64,000 nucleotides of DNA from Eledone cirrhosa (GCA_964016885.1 OZ024740.1:191456001-191520000); one strand, 5' to 3'. Counted from the first letter of the stretch, positions 24,535 to 38,100 are shown. Notes: generated by a model from the sequence alone, not told the origin. Made by a program: numbers and translations.

Positions 24535-25720
24535 GGTAACCATACTGTAATCCAGACATCTATTTTGTAGTGGGCATTTATGCGGTAGGTGGCAATTATA
24601 GTTGGAGGCTTTTCTGTGGCAAGGTTCTCGGTTGCTGTATTGTATGTTGTTGTTGGTGGGTTGAGATTTAGGCCTATTAGTGTTTTGTTGCGATGAGCTC
24701 TGATGTGTTTGTGGTTGCGATGTTGTTATGTGTTTGCGTTTTGTATTTGGTGCTATGGTGTATGTTGGTAGGTTATTTTCTTTAGAGATATTTTTGTGGT
24801 TGCTTTAAGGTATGTGTGATTCCATGTTGGCTGCAGTAGAGTAAGATAGTTTTATAGCTTTTCTATTAAAGAGTTTATGGAATTTGTGTAATTTAGGGAA
24901 GTGCTTGTCTATTAGCTTCAAGAATATAGAAGATACTTTAGTTTGTATAGAGTAGTTGAATATTGGATTGAACCATAGGTATTTCTATCTCTGGATCTTC
25001 TATAGTTCTTACGGGTCCCTATATTAGTGTTCGGTTCAGTTATTTTTGGTGCTCGTTGTCTAATTATATGCTTAGTCCTGTGGTTGTTATTTCTATAGGT
25101 GTGGGTAGTGTAGTTGTCGTTAGGTATGTTGCTACTGTCTCTATCTGGTATGTATTCCGGGCCCTCTTTATGTCCTACCTTATGTAAAGCTATGCTATAA
25201 TAGTTTGCGTGTTCGTTAAAGATCTCTAGGTTAGAAGATAGGCGGGATATTCTGAGGGATATACTATGTGCTATGGAGTTAATTATGGATCGGGGTTGGT
25301 TTGACTTATAACTAATTTAGGCAAGATTCTCGTTAATGTTATGGAAGGGCTGTATTTGTCCTGTGTTTAGGTTGAGTGTTACATCTAAGAAATTTGCTTT
25401 TTTACAGTTAAGTCTGAAAGTGATACCTAGGCCTAATTTGTTGAAGAAGACTCTGACGTTTTTTCGCAATTTTTCCATATTTAATTTTTTGGCTAAAAGT
25501 AGTGTATCCTCTCTCTAATTTCCTCCCTGGAGGTTATTTAATTCCTTATGTAAGTTGCGCACTATATATATTCCCCCCAAGTCCGTTACCTGCGCTGAAT
25601 CGTTACACCCCATTGTGATATCGAAGCTATTCTGTCTGTTTTATTCTTTCCCAGTAACTATTTTCGAATCTAATAATAGTCCTCCTAGCAGCTAGTATTA
25701 TTTTAATTTCGTCCAGGAAT
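24535..25720 (-). mobile_element. Decayed PLE RT/linker fragment of a second clade (tentatively Naiad-like)
   Basis: Hand translation: FDITMGCNDSAQVTDLGGIY, NFLDVTLNL, FNPIFN...FLKLIDKHFPK.HKFHKLFNR...KLSYS, NCHLPHKCPLQNRCL. Confidence 0.7.
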
Positions 25721-26548
25721 ATAGTATTAGGTGGTCAAAATTATCGGTAGCAAGGGCCTACAGCAACGGAATGTCCCACTGCGGACTTTGTAATTTGGTA
25801 ATATTCCATATTTCAAGGTACGATAAGATGCTACATAACAGCAAAATAGAAAGATTCATTTTCTGTAGTCATAAAATAGCTACCAGATTCACAAATGCTA
25901 AGCCACCGTGATTCGAGCCAGCAACCACAAAATTAGTACTGAACCACGTGGATTTTAACATATAGAATACACACCATCATACTATTAGCTGTCAAACGAC
26001 CAACTGTTCACTAGATCATAAATCTATTAATATCTCTTTAACCCTCTCTCCCCGAAACAGCATCAACCCCATTAAGACAAGACAATCAGCAAAACATTTA
26101 CCACACACATTTGTCAAACCTCCCTTCACACTTAGCCCTTAAATCTCATACTAGTACCCACCAATTAATCTTTATTTTATTGTTTTTTCTTTTTCTTTTA
26201 TCTGTCACAACATCAGACTCTCTACACGTATCTATGTATGATTCGACAATTACTTTACATGTTAGCACTAAACCCACCACAAAATCCATATAAGAACACT
26301 TACTCACCACCACCACTAGCATACGCTGTACTTAGGTGCTCTCACTTATCCTTATTTCTTTCTTAATATTGTTCCATGTTCTTACCTGTTTTATGTATTT
26401 TTCTTATCTTTTACTTTTTACTTGTTACATCTGTAAATTCTTTACCTATTTATCATATATATGTTATTATTGATGTTATTGTTTTGATTATACGCTATTC
26501 CTCTATACATGTCTTGCCTCGAGCGAATTATTTTTATATTTTCGCATT

Positions 26549-26650
26549 CTGATGAGTTGGTCAGAGGTAAATAATATAATGGAGATCGAGTGACGGACAT
26601 TCAAGCGATTACAGACTTCTAGACTCACCTGATCAATGAAACAATTTTCA
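26549..26650 (+). ncRNA. Hammerhead-like motif with extended stem II
   Basis: CTGATGA-GTTGGTCAG...CTGATCAAT-GAAAC; stems I and III are degenerate; (TA)n follows. Confidence 0.4.
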
Positions 26651-26704
26651 ACACCTGAAATAAAGCCTCTTGTTGTACAGCCAACGATGTTACTCTTCAT
26701 TCTT

Positions 26705-26799
<95 letters not shown>

Positions 26800-26826
26800 G
26801 TGTGTGTATGTATATATATATACATA

Positions 26827-26932
<106 letters not shown>

Positions 26933-26940
26933 TGTGTGTG

Positions 26941-26972
<32 letters not shown>

Positions 26973-27020
26973 CAAGAGAGTATTGAAGTTTGCTTGAAGC
27001 ATTGTGGAATAATAAATAAA

Positions 27021-28614
27021 TATCTTTAAGTCGTTTGGAAGCCTCGACAATGCAAATGGGTAAATCTCCGGATAACAAGATCCGGTGGTGGAGAGAGAGA
27101 TGTTAATGAGTGTACGTTGAGATGCGTGGTGTGTAAAGATGTGTAAATGTGTAGAAGAAAGAAGGGAAGAGTATAAAGGATAAAATAAAAATAACAACCC
27201 ATGAGGGAGTTACCTTGGGAGAGATTTAATAGTCCCTATATATTTCGGATTCACATCCATCAACTGGGGATTTTTTTCCGGGGTAAAGGTTGTCTGTCGG
27301 ACAGGTGCGAAACGCGTTCTCCGCTGTTTGTTGTTTTGAATATCTGAGGTATTCGGCAGAGCGCGCGTGCGCGTGAAATAGGGTCGGTCGGGCAGAGGTC
27401 AGCGGTCGAATGAGGGAGTGAGGTGGTGCTAGCTGTCAGTCCATTATCTGCCTGTTTGTTAAATGTAACTGTGTGTGTGTGTGCGTGTGTTGTTGTCTCA
27501 CTTGAGTGTGTGTGTGTGTGTGCGTGTGTAGTTGCCTTGTTCCTCTGTATTGGCAGTGTAGTATGTTCGTATGGTGGAATGCTACTGTGTCTGTGTCTGT
27601 GTGTAGTTGTCTCGTTTGTGTGTGCGTGTGTTGTGTGTTGCTACATCGTTTGTTAACTTAAACCAGCCATCTCATTTCGCTTCTCTCTAATCGGTTGTTT
27701 ATTAGCGGTTGCAGGCGTTTGATAAAAAGTGCAACCAATACTACATAGGTAGCACAACCCGACCTTTGCACATCCGGATCAAGGAACACACTAAAACCAG
27801 GGCCTCGTCTTTCCGGAAACACATAGACAAATGCGGGCACAAAGACGGAAGGCCCATTATCACAATTCTAGCGACTGATAGAAACCTCGGCACGTTACGT
27901 ATCAAGGAAGCACTTTTTATCAAACGCCTGCAACCGCTAATAAACAACCGATTAGAGAGAAGCGAAATGAGATAGCTGGTTTAAGTTAACAGACGATGTA
28001 GCAACACACAGCACACGCACACACAAACGAGACAACTACACACACACACAGTAGTATTCCACCATACGAACATACTACACTGCCAATACAGAGGAACAAG
28101 GCAACTACACACGCACACACACACACACACTCAAGCGAAACAACAACACACGCACACACACACACAGTAACATTTAACAAACAGGCAGAGAATGGACTGA
28201 CAGCTAGCGCCACCCAACTCCCTCATTCGGCCGCTGACCTCTGCCCGACCGACCCCATTTCACGCGCGCGCGCGCTCTGCCGAATACCTCAGATATTCAA
28301 AACAACAAACAGCCGAGGACGCGTGTCGCACCTGTCTGACAGACAACCTTCACCCCGGAAAAAAAATCCCAGTTGATGGATGTGAATCCGAAATATATAG
28401 GGACTATTAAATCTCTCCCAAGGTAACTCTCTCTTGTGTTGTTATTTTCATTTTATCCTTTATACTCTTCCCTTCTTTCTTCTACACATTTACACATCTT
28501 TACACACCACGCATCTCAACGTACACCCACTTACATCTCTCTCTCCACCACCGGATCTTGTTACCCGGAGATTTACCCATTTGCATTGTCGAGGCTTCCA
28601 AACGACGTAAAGAT
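27021..28614 (+). mobile_element. 5'-truncated PLE fold-back (arms about 27021-27732 and 27910-28614) around a GIY-YIG fragment
   Basis: QYYIGSTTRPLHIRIKEH...LRIKEALFIKRLQPLIN at 27735-27975; arms are reverse complements with scattered substitutions; (TA)n flanks. Confidence 0.92.
28367..28403 (+). ncRNA. Hammerhead-shaped motif with atypical core CAGUUGA (mirror at 27233-27270)
   Basis: TCCC-(C)AGTTGA-T-GGAT-gtga-ATCC-GAAA-TATA-TA-GGGA. Confidence 0.55.
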
Positions 28615-28631
28615 ATATATATATATATATA

Positions 28632-29070
<439 letters not shown>

Positions 29071-29258
29071 GTATAAATATATATAAATATATATATTTAG
29101 AAACACACAGATACATGCGGACACACACATATATACATGAATGCATCCGCACCCAACTGTGAGTTAAGGGTGCCAACATCACCGATGTTTCTCAATGAAT
29201 GACCGGGACAGACCAATTCAGTTTGAACCAGACTGAACCAGTATCAGAGTTAAAAATA

Positions 29259-30024
29259 CATTATGAAGAGAGAAGAAACATTTAGATATAATTAGTAATA
29301 AAATGTATCATACCCAAACTGTTCCTAAATTCCTCGACTACGTAGTTTCGTGGCATAAACAAAAACAATATATCAAAGATATAGAGTCATTGCGAGGTCT
29401 GCCGACTTATCAAGAGGATACCTCATTTTACTAGTCTCAAGAACGCGTCTACACGACGTGAGAAAGAATCCCAAAAGGCGGAGGGGGAGATAGTCACGCG
29501 ATATAACGGTCGAGAAACAGAGCTAAGCCCCTTATAACCACGAAGAAAATACCACGGAGGCGGAGGGGGTATTCATATCGAGGCCGTAGAAGAGGTAGTG
29601 AAGAAGGCGAGAAGTATGAGTAATGGAAGATTTCCAGTTGTCCCCACACTTCAAAGATTGCTCGACCAGAGGGAGTTATTAATATATTTAGAAACACACA
29701 GATACATGCGGACACACACATATATACATGAATGCATCCGCACCCAACTGAGAGGCTTAGATCTGTTTCTCGACCGTTATATCGCGTGACTATCTCCCCC
29801 TCCGCCTTTTGGGATTCTTTCTCACGTCGTGTAGACGCGTTCTTGAGACTAGTAAAATGAGGTATCCTCTTGATAAGTCGGCAGACCTCGCAAGGACTCT
29901 ATATCTTTGATATATTGTTTTTGTTTATGCCACGAAACTACGTAGTCGAGGAATTTAGGAACAGTTTGGGTATGATACATTTTATTACTAATTATATCTA
30001 AATGTTTCTTCTCTCTTCATAATG
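29259..30024. mobile_element. Non-coding fold-back element (arms 29259-29521 and 29762-30024)
   Basis: Arms are nearly perfect reverse complements and each contains an HHR; 29091-29160 is duplicated inside the spacer at 29682-29750. Confidence 0.92.
29865..29952 (+). ncRNA. Type I hammerhead, U3-A8 variant (mirror at 29331-29418 minus)
   Basis: TCCTC-TTGATAA-GT(C)GGCA...TGCCAC-GAAAC-TACGTA-GTC-GAGGA; palindromic stem III ACTACGTAGT; GUC cleavage triplet. Confidence 0.8.
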
Positions 30025-30035
30025 TAAATATATAT

Positions 30036-30174
<139 letters not shown>

Positions 30175-30270
30175 TGTGTGTGTGTGTGTGTGTGTTGGAT
30201 GATGGCTAAGATGCTTCCATAGGCGGTATGCCGGTTGAGCACTCTATGCTGTTACAGAGCAGAGTATGTC

Positions 30271-30592
30271 ATAATATAAAACAAAATTCAGTGATGTATC
30301 TGAACACAATTTATTGTGTGTTACAATTGTTTCGCCGGCGGACAGCTCGAGGCGCTATCATTGGGTGGATCTGTCTGATTCTGAACCCGCAGGGTCGGCG
30401 GACACGTCTAATGATTTCGGAGCAAATTCTTTCACTGGAAGAATATCCTCCGAAATCATGAGACGTATCAGTCGAATCTGCGGGTCCAGAATCAGACAGA
30501 TGCACCCAATGATAGCGTCACGAGCTGTCCGCCGGCGAAACGATTGTAACACACAATAAATTGAGTTCAGATACATCACTGATTTTTCGTTT

Positions 30593-30600
<8 letters not shown>
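30271..30600. repeat. Diverged near-spacerless palindrome centred near 30435
   Basis: About 160-bp arms with many substitutions; each arm has a GAAAC-(A/G)ATT-GTA-ACAC hammerhead 3' half pointing outward. Confidence 0.9.
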
Positions 30601-30667
<67 letters not shown>

Positions 30668-30672
<5 letters not shown>

Positions 30673-33622
30673 GTGTGTCATATAAAAGCAAGATCACGAT
30701 ACTAACGCTCCCTGAGTATTTTCCCATTATAAATGCCCCAATTGGTAATATACATCATATTCCATATAAAATAACGTATAATGAGTCTTGCCTATATCAT
30801 GGTGATTATAGTGGAAAGTGTGATTATGTTGCATGAAATCATGAACATGTGAAACCAAATATGACCATAAAATAATTGTTTTATTTTATTAATCCATTAT
30901 ATTTAGTAAACCTTCTTTGAATATAAAAGCATACAAGGAAGAAACAAGTTCAGTTAAGTTAACTCCAGTCACATTTTTTTCAGCGTTTCTTTTTTGAAAT
31001 CCGGGACCTTGCGACGATGAGCTTCGACTACTTGAAGAAGACACTACTACTCCTCATTCTTGGTGATGACAACAAAATCAGTTATCAACTTGACTGCTCT
31101 CTCCGCCAGATCGTTGACTACATTGATATTGTGAAGAACAGCACAGGCATGTTGATATGACGCTTGTGATGACCAAGTTGCAGGTGCCAGCTCAAGCCAA
31201 GTATCGTCGAGACCAAGGAGATCGAACAGAAGCCTTGATTTCTTCCCAACTAGATGAGGCAGCTTCGTGGACGACTTCAACTCGGGAAATATTGGAGCAC
31301 CACGGTGGAGAAGCCCAGACGTTTTCGTTTTGCCAAGACGTTGGGCTATCTGTTTCTTCGCGGACTCTTGGAACCGACATGAAAATAGCGCCAGCGGAAT
31401 GGCTTCTTCCGTCAGGTACCACAGATGCCTGCTGAGAGTGGTAGTGGCTGCCTGCGAGAGATCTCTGTCAATCTTACTGTACTGTGTCAACTCCACGTAG
31501 ACTCGAAGGTCATTGGATGGTGCATCAGCACCCTTGACTGCTGTCAGCCAGTATCGCCGGTAGAACAGAGCATTGAATATACAGATCCGGCGCAACTTTT
31601 CCATTTTAGCTCGATCGTAATTGAGTCGCTCACCAAATGCATACATCTTTGCACTATAGATGATTATGGACATCCTCCGAGCGTTATGATGTGCTCCAGG
31701 CAGCATCCAATGAATTCCACGAGGAGGGGTGACACCAAGCAAGATCAACATCAACTCGGCACATTGTCGGTAGTAGTCCCGTGGAAGAGAACTAATTTTC
31801 CCATCGTCGGATGTCAGCAAATCTTAGAGGAACTTGATGTTCTCAGGACACAGACGCTTGAGTCTCCGGTCGACAGTGTTCAATGTTTTAAAGTTGGTCT
31901 TGTCCGTGAGTGACACCCACTCTTTTTTGAACTCCTTGAACTCTGGGATGTCTGGACTTGACATTGCTCCGAATAGTTGTTGCCGCACTGCACACAAGAT
32001 ACACCCCATGACATGTTGCCGACAAGCAAAATAAGACACCTTTTTGTTGAGCATCTCTTCAAGTTTCACACAGGCACCATTTTTCCATCCAGTGTCGAAG
32101 ACCAAGCCCACCACAGACCTATCAATATACCAATCTTTAACAAGATCAAATAATGCTTTGGCTTGGGTGGTTCCAGTACCATCAGGAATTATGGAAACAC
32201 CGAGGAGTTTACCTTCTCTGAAGCCAGGATTCCAGCAACTAGCACACCTAGTCTCTCGTAGTCACCAGGAATTATTTTGTTATCCCAATGCAAAGTAACA
32301 AAGTCTGTTACAGCAAATTGTTCCTTTATGTGTTCATCCCCCACAGTTCTGATCTTCTTAGCTGCACGTCTGCTACTATTCTTGGAGAGAGTTGTGGCGT
32401 CTATGTCAGTCCCACCCTCAGAAATAATCGATGCCATAAATGCTGTTCTCTGGCCCAGTGTCAGGTTTAAACGATCAGCCATTCGAGAAATTGTTGGACT
32501 TTGAAATGGATTCTTTGGGACTTCCAGCTGGATTTTTCGTTTCTTGTCCGAATTTGAGCTGTCTCTGGGTGGGTTTGAGGCCTGAAATTCAGGATCCTGT
32601 TCATTTTCAGTTTCCTCATTGGTTGAACTTGAATTACTCAATTCATTACGTGGAAGTCGTGCAGCTACAGATCCTGACAAACGCTTTCTATGTTTCGCTG
32701 ACTCTCGACGAACCACAGAAACCTGATCACGCTTAAACTTTCAAGATACCTTTTTCTGGTATTCCTACTTCAGCACCCAGATATACTTTTTTCTGGCAAC
32801 GTAGGGCTTCGAGAAATGTAGCATCCTCCATTTTCTGTTCATTATTACGAAGACGGTTTTTCAAAATTTTCTTTTCAGCATCAGTATGTGCAATGTAGAA
32901 ATACGAATCCAATTCAGAAATAAATAGGGCTTCCTTTTCTGTGTTTGAGTAAGAACCTCTGTTTTTTTGTAAATTTCTGTAAATTTCTGTAAATATATAT
33001 GTAAAGGTTTACATATATATATATACATATATACATATACGTGTTTTGCAACGGGTCACTTTGTGGCTGAATGAAAATGTAATAAATTAAATAATCAGAG
33101 TTATATATCATAAAACATGTCCATAGAATCACCAAATGAAATATATACAATTTCCTCTCCCAATTAGCATAATCAGCCATATAAAAAATCGAATAGACCA
33201 GGCTATAAGAATAAGGCTTCTATGAAGAAATCTCCAACAAATAACCGAACTAGCCCTTCGCGTCGGCGGCGACGGAATATTTATCGAATATTTTGACAGC
33301 TTAATCGCCCAGATATACAGTTTTAGAGTTTTAGGTGTAAAATAAACTAGGAGAAAAGAGAATACATTTATTTACCCCGATTATTTTACACCTAATTCTG
33401 TTTCATTAACTGTATATCTGGGCGATTAAGCTGTCGAAATATTCGATAAATATTCCGTCGCAGCCGACGCGAAGGGCTAGTTTCGGTTATTTGTTGGAGA
33501 TTTCTTCATAGAAGCCTTATTCTTATAGCCTGGTCTATCGGTTTTTTATATGGTTGATTATGCTAATTGGGAGAGGAAATGGTATATATTTTATCTGGTG
33601 ATTCTATGGACATGTTTTATGA

Positions 33623-33654
<32 letters not shown>

Positions 33655-33715
33655 AATAATAAATATATATAAACATATATATAAATATATATATATATAT
33701 ATAAATATATATATA

Positions 33716-33807
<92 letters not shown>

Positions 33808-33819
33808 AAGAGAGAAAGA

Positions 33820-33918
<99 letters not shown>

Positions 33919-34140
33919 AACGAGGAAGCCTGTTCTTGTGACTGGAGCGCAAAAATTGAGATTGGGCTAATTTGATTGTATGTTTTCTTCTTCACACACT
34001 TAATACTCGGAGAGTCCTGGGGACCTCAAACAACACGTTTCGGGAGGTCCTGTCAGAAGTATCCGTCTCCTACTGATCTGGCTGGATACCCAAGAGAGCC
34101 AAGCCAAGCTCAAGGATATTATCTAACCAATTTGCTCGGG
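30668..34140 (-). mobile_element. Decayed hAT-superfamily (hATm-like) DNA transposon
   Basis: Transposase motifs LHWDNK, LVFDTG, ACRQHV, PGAHHNAR, HLWYLTEE, VVNDLAERAVKL at 31000-32900; TTAGAGTG terminus at 30668 next to (TA)n; the other end was not identified, so the right boundary is uncertain. Confidence 0.75.
33102..33627. repeat. Inverted repeat, about 240-bp arms (33102-33345 and 33381-33627), 35-bp spacer
   Basis: catgtccatagaatcacca...ttaggtgtaaaataa is mirrored by ttattttacacctaa...tggtgattctatggacatg. Confidence 0.92.
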
Positions 34141-34269
34141 CTCTACCTGACAAACGCTTTCTATGTTTCGCTGACTCTCGACGAACCACAGAAACCTGAT
34201 CATCCAATGTGCTCGGGTTCTACCTCTGGGTCACTTGTGAGTTGGTTTTGTTCGTAACATCTGTCCAGC

Positions 34270-34592
34270 TGTTCTTTCCCGATACATTTTAACAACATTC
34301 CCATATTTTCGATGCTCTAATTTCTTATTTCAGAGAAGTAGTGGCTCTACCGGGAGTGACTCACTGATCTCCGATTTACGCACTGTATCAAATACCGTCA
34401 CTCCATGTACCCTTCTTTGGATCCCCATTTCAGTCACTTGTATTCGCTTTCGAATTCTTTCCCTAACTCTAACCTTAACGCTAACCCTAAAACTAGATGA
34501 ATGAGCGTACGTATGGGATGGCATGAATACTGAATTAAAGATAGAGAGTTTGGCTTTTACACCATCCTCCCTTCTGATTACTGAATGCTGAC
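34270..34592 (-). mobile_element. RTE-clade LINE C-terminal fragment
   Basis: KAKLSIFNSVFMPSHTY...RIQVTEMGIQRRVHGV...DTVRKSEISESLPVEPLLL. Confidence 0.75.
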
Positions 34593-34593
34593 G

Positions 34594-34767
34594 TGGCAGT
34601 ATCCAGAAAGGGTCGAACCCCATGCTTAGAGTTACGGCCATTTCAATTCTGAGTTTAAATCTCGCCGAGGTTAACTTCGCCTTTAATCCTTATTGGGTCG
34701 ATAAAATAAAGTACCAGTAATGTACTGGTTAATTGCTGGCCTTGTGCCAAAGGTAGAAACAATTATT
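34594..34767 (+). mobile_element. tRNA-derived SINE
   Basis: gagtttaaatctcgccgaggttaacttcgcctttaatcct...gtcgataaaataaagtaccagta; same family as 43155-43342. Confidence 0.8.
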
Positions 34768-35296
34768 GCAACAGCTCCTGGAAATCTTGCATTTAATATT
34801 CAGCCTCCTCTATTCTATTACTCCTGAACTCGGTCTCATGGATAACTGGACATCTCTAGATGCTTCAGTGGATCTCCATTCACATGTAGAATGCACATGT
34901 ACAAACAATTACATCTCTTCTTTATATGTACAATTGAAGAAGTTCTCTGTAATTCCAGTAAAAAATCATACCATATTTTAATGATGAACAATTGAAAATG
35001 AAACTGTTAAAGTGAGAATTAAGTTGAGATGTTGTGTTATAGTTGTGATATTCAGGTAGCATTAAATGTTTAAATGTATTAAATGACCAACGTATTGTCA
35101 CATCCCCAATACAAATGTAAAAAGTTCAAATGTATTTCTTTGCACATCAATGAAAAATATCATTATAAAAGTTCAGGAGATTAATTAGAGAAGCGTCTGT
35201 AAACAAACTTACACACATACACAAACACACACACACATATATATATATATATATGTAAATATGGGATAAATCAGCATATAGAATAAAATATGCTAA

Positions 35297-35486
35297 ATAA
35301 CTGTTTCTACTTTTGGCACCAGGCCAGCAATTACCCAGTACATTACTGGTACTTTATTTTTTCGACCCCGTAAGGATGAACGGCAAAGTAAACCTCGGCG
35401 GGATTGGAACTCAGAATGGCAAGGGCTGCAACTCTATGCTATAAAGCATGGCGTCCGACCCTCTACCGATACTGCCAATCCACCGA
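35297..35486 (-). mobile_element. tRNA-derived SINE
   Basis: Reverse complement of the 43155-43342 family. Confidence 0.85.
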
Positions 35487-35497
35487 CAATAAAATAT

Positions 35498-35586
<89 letters not shown>

Positions 35587-35590
35587 ATAC

Positions 35591-35641
<51 letters not shown>

Positions 35642-35642
35642 C

Positions 35643-35776
<134 letters not shown>

Positions 35777-36182
35777 GAACAAAAGCTCCCATTTTAATAG
35801 TAAAGTAATTCATGTATACACATTTTGAAAACAATCATAACCTTCAAATAGTATGACATACGTATTGTATATATATACTTTGATTCAATAGTAAAAAAAA
35901 AAACATCGGCGCCAAAGAAAATTATGATCTCAAACCAGAGGAGGATACACAACACACAAAACATAATAAAAAGCTTAAACATATTTTAATAACATCCTTT
36001 GTCTGGTGTTCTGTACTGTTAATTTTTCTGTCTTTCTCCAGGCTAATATACTTTTCCTGTATTGATTATTAACCTTCTCTGAGAAAAATCAGAATAAATG
36101 AATTTTTTTTTAAGTACAATGACTTTGAAATGTCTATTTATCTTCGCAGAAAGTACATATTGAACGCAACACAATTTCAAGT

Positions 36183-36231
<49 letters not shown>

Positions 36232-36502
36232 GTGTGTGTGTATGTGTGTGTGTGTGTGAGTGTGTGTGTCTGTGTGTGTGTGTGTGTGAGTGTGTATGCA
36301 TTTTTGTGTATGTGTGTGAGTGTGTGTGTGTGTGTCTGCGTGTTCGGGTGCATGCTTGCATATGCATGCTTGTATATATATATATATATACATATATATA
36401 GAAGGAGAGAGAAGTAGAGAGTATGAGTGAGATAGAGAGGTGAGATTAATAACATTTTAAGCTGATATTTTTAGAAACGTTCTAATTCCTGGCATACGTA
36501 TC

Positions 36503-36541
<39 letters not shown>

Positions 36542-36589
36542 TTACGTGCATATTAATTTTTCTTTCTGTTTTGCTACTTTTGAATTTTA

Positions 36590-36988
36590 TTGCAGAGAGG
36601 GAACTCGTATGAGAGTTTGTGCTATTTCTAGTTGTCCGATCTTCTGCAGTTTATATTTGCTGATCATGCAGATAAAGAAAGTAAGGTACAGGTCTGAGGA
36701 TTTGGGTATTAATCCTGATGCTCTCATCACCACAGGGATATTGTTTGTAGACTCCTCCGCATGCGGTTGATCTCTACCTCCACGTTTTTGTGTCTTTCCA
36801 TTGTTTTTAGATATGTATTCTTGTTAGCTGGTACGGAAATACCTTTAACGCTACATTTCCGATCTATTTTGCTTTTTATGATGATATCTTATCTGTTGGC
36901 AGCAGTTTCTCGGTCGGTTATCACAGGCATATACATCAGATGGATATTTAGTCCTTTTCATGACTGTTTTTGGTTGATGTTCATATAA
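36590..36988 (-). mobile_element. Old Dong/R4-like LINE 3' fragment (not shown in the ORF track)
   Basis: Hand translation across frameshifts: YEHQPKTV...ITDRETAANR*DIIIK...ISVPANKN...VEVEINRM...IPVVMRASGLIPK...LQKIGQLEIAQTL; colinear with ORF 61593..61952. Confidence 0.7.
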
Positions 36989-36989
36989 T

Positions 36990-38100
36990 TTGTCAGAAGT
37001 TTGGATGTCAAAATGCACAGGAACAAACTCGGGTACATGCCTATACTTAATTGACGGAAATAAATTCCCGTTTAAAGATGGCCAAACTTTCACAGTGAAA
37101 AACAACTTTACTTGCAACTCAGAGAACCTGATCTACATAATCATATGCGATGGCTGCCGACATAACTACATAGGACAGGTGGGTCTGTCATTACGCAAAA
37201 AAATAACCCTCCACCGCCATCGTATCCGATATGTAAACGCAAGTAAAATCCCCTTAAGTAGGCACATTGCAGATTATGCAGGAATGCCACTACCAAACAT
37301 TAAATCTTCCACCTTTACAAGTGCCACGATTCCTTCACTCAACAACAAAGAATAAATAAAGAAAAAAATGTATTAACAAATTTAAACCAAAACTAAATAT
37401 GTAATCAGCCCCATTAGATTTTCTCTCTCCACCCCCACCCCCACACACACCACGAAACAAGAGAAAAATGCCCATACACAAACATTTCTGATTGAAAGCC
37501 ACCGCTTAGGATTTGCTCTGTTTCTTTTATATTTCACACCACAAAGGGATCTGTGACAGACAGCCTGAAGCACACACCACTCCTCCCACACCCATGTGTG
37601 TATTTTTTTTATATATACACTCTAACATATACACATACTCTCTAAAGCCATATTCCAAAAATAGAATTTATTTTATAGCCAATTCCATAAACTGTCTCTC
37701 TTGCTTACAATCCCCCCTCCCCTTCGCCCATCTGAATTCTTGAGCAGTCTATTAACACAATTGAGATACACAAACATAATTACAGAATATTTCCTTTATC
37801 CTTTAAAAACAATTTTGCTTGGTGAAGAAACAAACCTGGCACCACTGCTGCTGCTACTATCATGATTACACACCTCTCTCTCTAGCCACAAGAGTTCATG
37901 TTCCAGTCTCCTTCTTAAGAAGACATATGGAAAAAAAACTTACCTCTTAATTCTAAATCTTTAATTTTTATTTTTTTAATTCGTATTAATTCATCTTTTT
38001 AATTCTAATAATCAACATTTGACAAGATGAATTTTACTAATAAATCAAAACCGGTAATAATTTATATACTTTATATACGTTATAAAACTCCTTTTTAAAA
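36990..38100 (+). mobile_element. 5'-truncated PLE (GIY-YIG, 3' UTR, degenerate HHR near 38017-38058)
   Basis: FKDGQTFTVKNNFTCNSENLIYIIICDGCRHNYIGQ, related to ORF 5490..6029; TTGACAA-GAT...ATC-AAAAC-CG-GTA downstream. Confidence 0.8.

Noticed and set aside
24535-25720. Selenocysteine recoding, reported for some Naiad PLEs
   Set aside because: The copy is too decayed to tell programmed TGA from random stops, and the clade call is tentative.
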